Positions 40,700 through 51,831 of a stretch of DNA of 64,000 nucleotides are shown in pieces. The position numbers and the translations under genes were made by a program. The stretch is from Chiloscyllium plagiosum (Eukaryota), in NCBI RefSeq assembly GCF_004010195.1, contig NC_057751.1, forward strand, positions 3,265,111 to 3,329,110. Reading direction: 5' to 3'. The notes below the pieces were generated by a model. The model made no database searches, was not told where the DNA came from, and saw only the letters and a list, made by a program, of their open reading frames with translations. Position 1 is the first letter of the stretch, and every line of letters begins with the position of its first letter.

Positions 40700-41340
40700 G
40701 CTCCCATGCCCACGTGTCTGTCCTTGGCCTGCTGCAATGTTCCAGTGAAGCTCAACGCAAACTGGAGGAACAGCATCTCATCTTCCGACTTGGCACGTTA
40801 CAGCCTGCCGGTCTCAACATTGAATTCAACAACTTCAGATGATTATCCCATCTCGACCCCTCTGTTTTCATTCTGCTCTGTAATTTAATTTCATTTATTT
40901 TATCTAGTTTCTTAAATTTTTTTTCACTGTTCTGTACCTCTTATTTCTTGATTGTCTCTCTTTCTCTCGCTCTCCACTCTCTTATCACCGTTTTCCTCTC
41001 CTCTTCCCCTTTTGCTACCCTTCTCCCCCGTTTTCCATTTTGCCTCTGCTTCACCCATTCCCAACATATTTTGTCACATAGCACTTGCTTCAGCCTTGGT
41101 CATTCCCAGCTCCTAATCTCCCAATAATCCCTCTATGCACTGTCATTGTCACCTCTTTATTACTACCTTTGCTTCTGGAGCCAGGACTCACCTTCTCTCA
41201 ACCGAGTATAAATACCTCCCCATTTCTCCCTTTTTGTTTAGCTTTGACAAAGCGTCAGTGAGACTCGAAACATCAGCTCTTTTCTCTCCTTACAGATGCT
41301 GCCAGACCTGCTGAGATTTTCCAGCATTTTCTTTTTTGGT
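40700..41340 (+). mobile_element. Penelope-like element 3' end (endonuclease C-terminus, 3' region, terminal hammerhead-like remnant)
   Basis: HVSVLGLLQCSSEAQRKLEEQHLIFRLGTLQPAGLNIEF is typical of the PLE endonuclease C-terminus. AGCT-TTGACAA-A-GCGTCAGTGAGACTC-GAAAC-ATC-AGCT near 41240-41278 is followed by the subfamily 2 body. Confidence 0.75.
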
Positions 41341-41662
41341 TGTGCATAGCTGTTGGCTGGAGATCGGACAACCTCTTAAAGGCAGAGCATCTCCAAGAGA
41401 GAAACCAAAATGCTTCATGAGAAAGACAAATTTTAGAAGGACTTTGTGACAGAGTGTGATTGCCAGATTCTGAATAGACTGATGAGCCAGTTTGTAAGTT
41501 CTGCCCTGCTTGTGTCTGCCGTTTAAAGAACAATTTATAATTGACCACAATTTGCCTGTTAATTCATGTTTAACTTATGTCGATTCTGGATGTTAAATCA
41601 TCATTTATTTCAGATCGTCTTTAGTTTTTGCTTTGTTCGCCTCTTATAGGTAGAAATGTTTC

Positions 41663-41762
41663 GATTCTCCTGCTCCTTGGATGCTGCCTGACCTGCTGTG
41701 CTTTTCCAGCCCCACACTCTCTCGACTCTGATCCCCAGCATCTGCAGGCCTCACTTTCTCCC
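41663..41762 (+). mobile_element. Short subfamily 1 insert beginning at the predicted ribozyme cleavage site
   Basis: 11-bp TSD AGAAATGTTTC (41652-41662, 41763-41773). Insert begins GATTCTCCTG. Confidence 0.85.
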
Positions 41763-41917
41763 AGAAATGTTTCTATTCTAAACCATGGAATCTTGTGGCT
41801 TCATTTGTTGAGTGAGTAGCTGGTATCTCAGGTTTCTTCTAATTTTAAGAAAAGGTGACAAATCTCTCCTTAAATCATACCAGTTTTTGTGGAATAAAGT
41901 CCAGGTTTGTGAAATCT

Positions 41918-42504
41918 TGTTATGGACCAGGCCAGACTCCCTCAAAACATTGTAAGAAGGTAGCCCAAGCCCGAATTTGTATTTTTTTTCGGCAGATGTA
42001 AAATGGATATTCTAGGTGGGTGCTGCTCATCAAACCACTCAGATTTAAACAAAATAGAATTTATTCAAACACTATAGATGAAACACAAACAAAACAAAAC
42101 AGCATTTAGAATAACAACTTATTTGATAACCCAACCAACTCAATTGCAACTTAACAAAGCTGTTCCAATTCCTGCAACATCCCATTTACAAACCCCTTGT
42201 CAAAAGGTGAATTCAAACACAGGTTCTTCCAGGCAGGAGAGATTTCAGAGAGAAAGTTCAGGCAAGAAACATCTGTTGAAGCTTGGAACCTGTTTCACTG
42301 GAGCTGCTTCTCGAGGTCCCCAGCAGTGTTCTGACTGCTTGTTAAAACTAAACCAAACTAGGAGAAAACACCTGAACTGGGAGACCAGTCCACTCACCTG
42401 CCATTGTTTTCAAATAGCCATTTCCAGACCAATCGGCACCTCTACTTTTATGACCTCACTTGAAAAAATGAAGGACAATATAACCTTATTAAAGCATCGT
42501 TACA
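41918..42504 (-). mobile_element. Solo LTR (copy B)
   Basis: TG...CA termini (TGTTATGG...CGTTACA), perfect 4-bp TSD ATCT (41914-41917, 42505-42508), AATAAA on the minus strand. Confidence 0.8.
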
Positions 42505-43134
42505 ATCTCTTCTCGTCAAGTACAAAAGATCTCCCTTAGCTTAACTGTTGGAATTCAGGTATCACTCTGGTATTGCAGTTTGAGATCTCTCCCTTCCAGG
42601 TAAACTGGAAGACAGGGCACCCTGTTAACATCTTGTTTGAAAACAAACACTCAGACACTGCAGCACTCTTTCAGAACAGCACTGAAGTGTCAGCCAATAC
42701 TATGGCCTAGTGTTTCATTTGTGTATGTCAGTGAAGTTCAGAGGCCAATCTAATATTTACCTGTGATAGGAGAACTGCACACACCTGATGGAAGCAGTGC
42801 TTGGGTGAAGGGTGTAGCAAGGTTGAGCTGCTGTGTGGCTGATAACTTCCTTAAATTTGTCCATGGAATGTGGGTGTCACTTGCTAGGACAACACCTACT
42901 TCCAATCCCAAATTGCGCAGAGGTCAATTGCAATTAGCTGGGATTCCCTCTGAGCAATTTGGAGTCAAGCACATTCATGTGGGTCTCGGGTCACATGTAG
43001 GCCAGACCAGGTAAGGCTGGCAGATTTCCTTCACAAAAGGACGTTGGTGAACCAGATAAATTTGTACAGCAATCGACATGTTTGCCATTAGGCGAGTTTG
43101 TACTGAATTGATATTTCACCATCTGCTATGACTC

Positions 43135-43255
43135 CAGCAGTCACATGACACCAGGTTACAGTGCAACAGATTTATTTGAAATCACAAGCTTTCAGAGCGC
43201 TGCTCCTTTATCAGGTGGAGTCTGTTCACAAAGACCTGGTATTGTGTGAGGTCTG
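43135..43255 (-). mobile_element. Short hammerhead-family element (subfamily 3)
   Basis: Minus strand CAC-CTGATAA-A-GGAGC-AGC-GCTCT-GAAAG-CTT-GTG (about 43183-43217): stem I CAC/GTG, palindromic AAGCTT stem III, G8>A variant. Confidence 0.6.
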
Positions 43256-43364
43256 ACCATGTCCCCAGAACATTAATCTGTAGTTCTGGATTGCTCACCC
43301 AGTGACATTGCTACATGAGGCAAGAGCGCTGCCCCTGATATAAATCCTCTGGATGTTGGAAAGC

Positions 43365-43560
43365 TGAAATGCAAACAGAGAACGCTGGAGAAACTCAAGC
43401 CTGTCTGACAGCATCTGCAGAGAGAGAAGCAGTAATGTTTACAGTCCAATCACTCTTCTTTGGTCTTCTAGAGAAGAATCATACTGGACTCGAAATGTTA
43501 ATTCTGTTTTTCTCTCTACAGATACTGCCAGAGGTACTACGTTTATCCCATACTCTATGT
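43365..43560. mobile_element. Degenerate fold-back subfamily 2-like element
   Basis: Imperfect inverted arms (CAGCATCTGCAGAGAGAGAA / TTCTCTCTACAGATACTGCC) with GACTCGAAATGTTAA. Confidence 0.55.
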
Positions 43561-44629
43561 TCATATTTTAATGCTATTCCTGATCTCAGGCTGACACAAG
43601 CGAGAGGGCATTTGGTATTATGTTGATGACTTTAAAGTATAAGAGATAGGAGCAGGATTAAGCCACATAGACTTTCATTCAGCAGGACCATGTTTTGAGC
43701 ACAACTCCACCATTCCCCCTTCATTCCCTCATGTAAATATCTATCAAACTCCAAATTGAAATTCCTCAATCACGGAGCCTCGAGACCCTTTTGGGACAGA
43801 GAATTCCAAAACTTCACCAGCCTCTGTCTGAGTGAAGACATTTGTCCTCATCTCACTCCTCAATCTCAGACTGATGATTTAGCTGACATTCAATAAGAAG
43901 TTTGGAATTTCCTGAAGGGTTGACCTCTCAAGAAGACCACGGGACATTTTGAGACATGATCTGAACCTGTACCTCAGACTGGTGCCATGAAAAGAAGGCG
44001 CCGTACAGTATGTCGTATCTTGTTTTGGCAGAACACACACACAATTCTGTGCTTCAATGAATTTCATAGTTGCTCATCATATTTGGTCAAAATGCCACAA
44101 TATTATTCCAAACCACAAGAGAACAGATCAGTTTAATGGTCAGGGAAAGGCTTTAAACTGTCCTCTTACATCACTGTCACACATTTAGAGAGAAGCAATT
44201 TGCAGCTGATTACAGGGAAATTGCCCAGTATATATTATATGCAGTTTGATGGAACTGAAAGCATGTTGATTGCTTGAAATTAGACCTAGATTATCTCTTC
44301 TTCTCTTTCTTTGAGGTTTGCTACACTTGGAATTTCTAATGCAAGCTTTTTTTGCCCTTCTAAGGCAGCAATTTATGAATAACTGATATCGATTTATTAA
44401 TGGCCTGATCGAGGATGGTTTTGTTTCTGCAGTTCTATTCACATGGTTCACAGAAAAGACTGAAACATTACTGTGTTTTAAAGTGGACAGAAACTTGATG
44501 CAGGAGAAAATGGTAAGTACACAGTTAAAATGTGAAAAGTTGTGAGCATGTTCTGCTCTCCTTGCCAGGACATTAACAGTGGCAGTATGAAATTCGTGAG
44601 CATTCACTGCCAGATCCTGCCCTTGCCCT

Positions 44630-45190
44630 CAACACCAACATTTAATCAACTTTCCTTCCAATTTCTGCCCTGCTCTTAACTTCCATGAGCCATTTTCTGA
44701 CTCTTCCCTTCCCTTCCTGGATTTCTCTGCCTCCACATCTGGGACAGTCTCTACAAGAAACATTGACGATAAATCCACTGATTTCAGCAGCTACCTCAGA
44801 TGCCCTGCCTCACACCTTGTTTCCTGCAGGCATGCTGTTCAGCTCTCCCAGTTTCCTCACATCAATCACACCTTCTGAAAGTTGTAACTTTGGTTTGCTG
44901 GACCCTCTGACAATGTCATTCCCATTTCCTGCACTTTTACCCTTATCCTTTTTCCCATCCATCCCAGAACCAGGACAGGCTCTCCTAGTCGTCACCTTCC
45001 ACCCACCAGCCTCCAAGTTCAATGGAGCATCCATCATTTCCTAACCTTCCCCTTACAGTATTCCAGGAAAACCATTATCTGTGTAACACTATGGTTCACA
45101 CTCAGTCACTCTGCCTATACTCTCTTCTGATCCAGTAGGACCTTTCCATCTGATAGGTGTGTGACACCTGGTCTTTTTATCTCCTCCCTT
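44630..45190 (+). mobile_element. Degenerate Penelope-like RT C-terminal fragment
   Basis: Frameshifted remnants INFPSNFCPALNF, SDSSLPFLDFS, KSTD..SYL and LVVTFHP resemble PLE RT thumb/linker motifs. Confidence 0.55.
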
Positions 45191-45874
45191 TTCAGTATCT
45201 GTAAGGGACCACTTATTTAACCTTTTGAATTACAAACTGCATTGGGGGGTGGGCAGTGCTGAACTACCAAGAGAATTTTGCAACCTCAGAAAAGTCAAGC
45301 AATGCACATTTTTTTAGCTGCTCAAGACTTACGTCCTGTTGAAGCAGTGAGATTGATATGTTATTGAGTAAGAAAAGGGCCAGAATTCTGTGAGTTATGG
45401 AAGACTGCCTGACGATCGCCCTTAGATTGGTTGGGTTGCAGTTTGCTCCAGATTGATGAGGCAGTGTAAGCTAGAACCACCCAGAACCATCACGCAGAAA
45501 AGATCTTTCTCCCTTCCCTCTGTGTCTGTGAAGAAAAAAAAATGAAACTTCGAAGAACGAATTCTCACATTACAAAAAGACCCAGCTGAATAGATTGACA
45601 ATCAACTGGTTCATCTTCCCAGCACTTCCTCATTCTTCATTGAAAAGGGAAAGAATATAAGTAGAAGATAGACCAACTCTAACCGTCTCCTTGCTGCATT
45701 CTGTATAACAACTGGTGAGTGAAAGCCCTGTACTTGGAAAAAATGCTGCTCAACTGGTTAAATTCCCCAAGAATAGGCATTCAGCAATTTGGCTCTAGAG
45801 TTTTGCAGCATGGGAAAAAGCCGTTGGGCCCTTTGTCATGCACTTGGGCCTGTTCATGTGCTTTCATGTGTTCA

Positions 45875-46130
45875 AAAGGGACCCAAGGGGCAACTTTGTT
45901 TTATCACCCAGAGGGTGGTGCATGTATGGAATGAGTTGCCAGAGGAGGTGATGAAGGCTGCTACAATGACAACATTGAAAGCACATCTGGATGGGTATAT
46001 GAATAGGAAGTGTTTAGAGGGATATGGGCGAAATGCTGGCAAATGGGACTAGATTAATTTCAGATATCTGGTCTGTATAGACCAGTTGGACCGAAGGGTA
46101 TGTTTCCATGCTGTACAGCTCTGTGACTCC
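45875..46130 (+). mobile_element. CR1 LINE 3' end
   Basis: TQRVVHVWNELPEEVMKAATMTTLKAHLDGYMNRKCLEGYG. Confidence 0.88.
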
Positions 46131-47464
46131 CTCTCTCAGTTTGACTTCATTGTGTTAAGCAGTCACACCTCTAATACCCTTTTAGACAATTAGTCCCTGA
46201 TACACTCCACCAGGTGAGAAATGGTTTCCCTGAATTCCCTATAAACACTCTGCCCCCATCTTAAGATTGAATCCTCTGTTATTGACCAGGTTGGAAAGGT
46301 GTGTTGAAAGTGTTTTTCCCCCTGTATCCCGTGTTTGTGCCCCATAGAAGTGAGTGCACCTCCATCAGCCTGGCCCAAGAAGGACTGCAGTGAGCCACCC
46401 CCATTCCCAATGTTGCATAGTGAATGGTCACATGAAGCCAGGCAGCAGTCATTCCCCAGGTGGACATTCGCTGGCTGGTGCTGGTGGGGGCGGATAGATT
46501 GGACTTTCGCCTCTGGTGAAGGTCTCCCCTCAGTCAGGCGGTCGCTCAGTCCTTGCACAGTATGACGGAGAGGTGCAGGAGCTCCGTGAGCACCAGACAC
46601 CGGGTCATTGACGCCAGGGGTGTGGCGGGAGCTGGTGGGGACGGCGAGTTGGCATCGACTGGGATTTTGTTTTGCTCCTCAGCCAACTGCAGAGTTTGCC
46701 GTTTGGGTACACAGTGAGGATTCTGAGCGCTGCTCTCTCTCTCTCTCTCTCTCTGTTTGATTCAGCAACGATGTTTTCTGCGGTTCAATGTGTTCTCCTA
46801 TTCCATTGCCCTTTTAAGACTGAGCAAAGTGAGAGACTGCCCGGGGAGAGAGCAGTGCGGGGGAGAGGGAGAGAGCTCTCTCTGGTTCTGCAGGTAGCAG
46901 CATCGTGCCTGGACCCGTGTACAGCTGGAAGCACGAACGTCATTCGGGGGAATCCCTGGAACACCATCTCTCTCACACACACACACACACTCTCTCTGTG
47001 CTGCCAGACGGTCAACTCCCAGTTTGGCTGCTGCCCTCTTCAGGGCTTCTCCATGTACCTGACCGTTCACTGGGAAGGAGGGAGAGAGGGTGGCTGGGGT
47101 TGGTTGGTGGGGAGGGGTGGGGTGGGAGGTGAAGGCCACATATTTCACTGGCACATAGCCATCAAAAATCTCCCTCACATCCTGCGCGACCCAGCACTCT
47201 GCAGTGTGCAGGCACGGCTTGCTGTACACTCTGTGATCTGTCAGGGCAGAAGCAGATAGACCCCTGTTCAGCAAGGGTTGGGGAGCTGCTGCAGAGTGAG
47301 CAGGAGGCAGGCTGCAGGGTCACGCTCCGGGGGGGTATTGGCCTAGGACTGGGACAGAGTGAAATGTCTTCATGTAGTGAACTTCTGTGCCACAGACACA
47401 CACACACACAAAAGGAGCTGAGGTCAAAACATTGGCTTCTCGAGAAGGAGGTAAATCGAGTCCC

Positions 47465-47553
47465 CAAACAGAAATTGCTGGAAGGGCTGACAGCATCTGG
47501 AGAGAGAAATCAGAGTTAACCTTTCGGGTGAAGTGACCCTTCCTCAGAACTCG
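47465..47553 (-). mobile_element. Short hammerhead-family element (subfamily 2)
   Basis: Minus strand GAGTT-CTGAGGA-A-GGGT-CACTTC-ACCC-GAAAG-GTT-AACTC: perfect 5-bp stem I and 4-bp stem II, with one stem III substitution. Confidence 0.72.
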
Positions 47554-49021
47554 ACAGTTCTTCCGGCTAACGGGATCAAACGGGGAAAGAGAGGAAAAGG
47601 GCACAGGAGACTGAGTGGGGGATGATCAGACATGATCAAATCAGGGCTGAATGGCCGCCAACTGCTTTCCTCTTGGCATTTTCACATGGCTCAGCACCAT
47701 TGCTGAGGTTAGTCCCAATATCTTCCATGGGGAGAAGGAACCAGTCTTTCACATGTCAGAATCTCGGGCCAGGCTGTTGTGGCGTGATTCTGTCCTTGTG
47801 ATCCTGTGGCAAAGGACAGAGCAGTGGGCAGAGACTGTCAACGGTGCTCACTGTGAGTCTGCACAGGGACCCAAGGTTAATGCTGATTCTCACCACACCT
47901 CCCGCCCCCACCCCCAACCCAGTTCCTGAAATTCAACCAAGAGGCGAAATCAGATGGGGTGGGAGAAGTGTGTGGGTGTATTCCTCCCAGACAAGTCAAC
48001 ACTGGGGAAATTTAGACATGCCACTGCCTTCACTTCATCGAGCCGTCAAAGAAGCAGCACGGGCATGGTGGGCCTGAATGGCCTCCAGCTGAGCCATCTG
48101 ATCTTGTGGAAGGCCTCGTGGCCCCCTGTTGAGCTCTACAATCCAGCACGGGCATGGTGGACCGAATGGCCTCCACTTGGGGTCTAAGACCCCATGACGT
48201 ATTGGCCATTTCACAGCGCAGTTTCAATTTCTCTCAGGGTCCCTTCTGAAATGCCTCCTCCATGGATATTGCTCAGTGATTCCCCCGTTTTCTGTTGCAG
48301 TTTCAGATTGTCAGCATCTGTGGCACTTTATTCACACTGGAGTGTGGCCCAGTTCATACCCAATATTCAAAGCCCCTCTCTTACACAATTCATTGCTATG
48401 TGCACCCCTTGTTTCTGAATGGAGTCCAAAAAGTCCTTTTAAAAGCATTGCAATCACTTGGGTTAGTACACATTTGATCCAGCAATCCTGGCTGGTGCAC
48501 TGTTGATAGATAAAAATCAGCGTTATCCTGCAGTGCCATACAATGAGCCAAGGTGTGTGCAGAGCCAGGCCAGGCCAGACCTGCCTTGGCAAGCCCGGTC
48601 ACCTCCACCAGTCAGACTGTTGCTTTCACCATGACACTGTTTACAGAAACTGCCCTCCAACATTCGTGAACTGGAAGAAGGAATGTCACCCTCATGGATG
48701 TGAAAAAGGTGGTGCTGGAAAAACACAGCAGGCCACATTTCACTCAGCACTTGGTTTGACAGACACCCTGGTATTGCCCCATGCACCGAGATGGGCTCTG
48801 TGTATATCGGCAACTCTGTCACTGAAGGCCCTGGTGTCAGAGCTCTAGCAGCTGTCTCCAGTGACTAGGAACAAGGTGGTGCCAGGGGGAGGGGGAGGCT
48901 GAAGGCTGCAGACAATGCATAGAGTGAGATGTCAAAACCTGTCCAATCCCCAGTCAGACCTTGAGATGGCATTGCATTTTAAACCATATGGCCCATGGGA
49001 AGAATATGAAAAACGTAGAAT

Positions 49022-50518
49022 TCCAGTACCAAGCAGCAGCACTGACCAATACCAAGCAGCACTGACCAGTACCAAGCAGTAGCACTAACCATTACCAAGC
49101 AGCACTGACCAGTGCCAAGTAGCAGCACTGACCAGTGCCAAGCAGCAGCACTGACCAATGGCAAATAAGAGCACTGACCAGTACCAAACTGCAGCACTGA
49201 CCATTAACAAGCAGCACTGACCGGTGCCAAGCAGCAGCACTGACCATTAACAAGCAGCACTGACCGGTGCCAAGCAGCAGCAGTGATCATTAACAAGCAG
49301 CACTGACCAGTGCCAAGCAGCAGCACTGACCAATGGAAAATAAGAGCACTGACCAGTACCAAACTGCAGCACTGACCATTAACAAGCAGCACTGACCATT
49401 AACAAGCAACAGCAGTGACCATTAATAAGTAGCACTGACCAGTCCCAAGCAGCAGCACTGACCATTAACAAGCAGCACTGACCATTAATAAGCAGCACTG
49501 ACCAGTCCCAAGCAGCAGCACTGACCATTAATAAGTAGCACTGACCAGTCCCAAGCAGCAGCAGTGACCATTAATAAGTAGCACTGACCAGTCCCAAGCA
49601 GCAGCACTAACCATTAATAAGTAGCAGCACTGACCAATGGCAAATAAGAGCACTGACCAGTACCAAACTGCAGCACTGACCATTAACAAGCAGCACTGAC
49701 CATTAATAAGTAGCACTGACCAGTCCCAAGCAGCAGCAGCATTGACCATTAAGTAGCACTGACCAGTCCCAAGCAGCAGCACTGGCCATTAATAAGTAGC
49801 ACTGACCAATCCCAAGCTGCAGCACTAGCCATTAACAAGCAGCACTGACCATTAATAAGTAGCACTGACCAGTCCCAAGCAGCAGCAGTGACCATTAATA
49901 AGTAGCACTGACCAATCCCAAGCTGCAGCACTGGCCATTAACAAGCAGCACTGACCATTAATAAGTAGCACTGACCAGTCCCAAGCAGCAGCAGTGACCA
50001 TTAATAAGTAGCACTGACCAATCCCAAGCAGCAGCACTGGCCATTAACAAGCAGCACTGACCATTAATAAGTAGCACTGACCAGTCCCAAGCAGCAGCAG
50101 TGACCATTAATAAGTAGCACTGACCAGTGCCAAGCAGCAGCAGTGACCATTAATAAGCAGCACTGACCAGTCCCAAGCAGCAGCACTGACCAGTGCCAAG
50201 CAGCAGCACTGACCAGTCCCAAGCAGCAGCACTGACCAGTGCCAAGTAGAAGCACTGGCCATTAATCAGCAGCACTGACCAGTCCCAAGCAACATTGACC
50301 AGAGCTGAAAATGTGTTGCTGGAAAAGCGCAGCAGGTCAGGCAGCATCCAAGGAGCAGGAGAATCGACGTTTCGGGCATGAGCCCTTCTTCAGAAGTCAT
50401 TGACCAGTACCAAGCAGCACTGAGCAGTGGCCAGCAGCACTGACCAGTACCAAGCACCACTGAGCAGTGGCCAGCAGCACTGACCAGTACCAAGCAGCAC
50501 TGAGCAGTGGCCAGCAGC
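49022..50518. repeat. Compound minisatellite, 20/23-bp units AAGCAGC(AGC)ACTGACCAGTNCC and AAGYAGCACTGACCATTAAY
   Basis: Directly visible; about 1.3 kb upstream of the EGR3 TATA box. Confidence 0.95.
50303..50397 (-). mobile_element. Subfamily 1 insert with an intact hammerhead core, inside the minisatellite
   Basis: 10-bp TSD CATTGACCAG (50293-50302, 50398-50407). Minus strand CTGAAGA-A-GGGC-TCAT-GCCC-GAAAC-GTC at 50393-50366. Confidence 0.82.
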
Positions 50519-50981
50519 TGTGCTGAGGCGCCTGGGGTCGACATTGAAAGTGCCGAGCGCCATAAATCTGAGAGGTGTGATTAGAGCAGTGAGCCATTTC
50601 TGTGCTGCACAGAGAGGGCAAAGCACTATTGGACATGCCGAGCCAGTTGTTTTGCTATGGGGGTGGCTGTGATTGGGTGCCCTTTGTGTACAGGGCCAGA
50701 TTGTAAACTGTGAATACCGGTACCTGTAGGTATTGTCCATTTCAGAGCCGGTCTGCTGATGCTGATCACACCATCACAGTCACGTTGTGCTTTGAAATTG
50801 AACTGCTATGGTTTAATACTTGACATGTCGGGGGCTGTTGCCGGGGAGGTGAGGGGTGCGTGCAGGACTGCCTGTTGTTTTCAGGAGTATCGGTGGAAGA
50901 GAGAGAGAGCAAGTTTGCACTGTGTGTTATCAGAGAGCTCGCGGTCATTGTGTGATTGTCCCCATCAGTGGGTTCAAGTTG

Positions 50982-51110
50982 AATAGGAAGGGTTTTAGAG
51001 GGATATGGGCCGGGTGCTGGCAGGTGGGACTAGATTGGGTTGGGATATCTGGTTGGCATGGACGGGTTAGACCGAAGGGTCTGTTTCCGTGCTGTACATC
51101 TCTATGACTC
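50982..51110 (+). mobile_element. Short CR1 3' tail
   Basis: AATAGGAAGGGTTT...GACCGAAGGGTCTGTTTCCGTGCTGTACATCTCTATGACTC. Confidence 0.85.
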
Positions 51111-51384
51111 CAAGCAGAGTTTCAAATTGCTATCCCTGAGATATGGCCTGGAGAGAGAATGGGAAATCAATTGACAAACACCAATTGTTACTTTCAAATC
51201 AGGAAGTGGATTGTGTGTGTGTATGTGTTGTTTTTGTAAAGTGTTGTATTTTCCTATTCGAGCGAGCGATTGTGAAGAGAGAGAGAGAGAGAGTAAGGCC
51301 ACAAGTAACCATTACGTCGCTGCTTTTTAAGGATGTGGGTTCCGATCAGACAGTATTTTCCGGCGACGGAAAGACACACGCGCG

Positions 51385-51448
51385 CCGGAAAATGAGCCAA
51401 ATTTGGACGGGGAGTGCCGTGACGCCAGTTGCCTTTGCCCTAATATGG
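51385..51448 (+). promoter_or_regulatory. Distal serum-response module: Ets site plus two perfect CArG boxes
   Basis: CCGGAAA 51385-51391 next to CCAAATTTGG 51397-51406; half-CRE TGACG 51420-51424; CCTAATATGG 51439-51448. Both CArG boxes fit CC(A/T)6GG. Confidence 0.8.
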
Positions 51449-51752
51449 AGTTCCAGTGCACACGGAGATGGGAAGCGAGCCCAGCTCCAAGTGCAAACAC
51501 AGACTGCCCTTGAGTCTCACCACACACACACACACACACACACACCCATAGCTTCTCAACCCCTTGTGCAGGGAGCTGCTGGATTGTGCTATATTGTTTT
51601 TTGCTGGGGTGGGGGGGGGTGGGGAGGGGGTTTGGAGAAGGGGTTGCTCCCCGCCACCACCCCCCCTCCCTGTGCCTGCCTCTCTCTGTGTGTGTGTGTA
51701 TCTCAGTGTGTGTCAGCCCCAGCATCTGACAGCAAGTGCGTTTCCAGGCGGC

Positions 51753-51831
51753 GACGTCAGCGAGCTGAGCTCCTGTTCGATGTCCATGTAAGGGCATCTA
51801 CGTCACGGTGCTTTCCTCGGCCGCCTATATA
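51753..51831 (+). promoter_or_regulatory. EGR3 proximal promoter: CRE-like, CArG-like, CRE-like, TATA box
   Basis: GACGTCA 51753-51759; CCATGTAAGG 51784-51793 (one mismatch to CArG); TACGTCAC 51799-51806; TATATA 51826-51831; CpG-rich context. TSS inferred near 51855. Confidence 0.8.
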
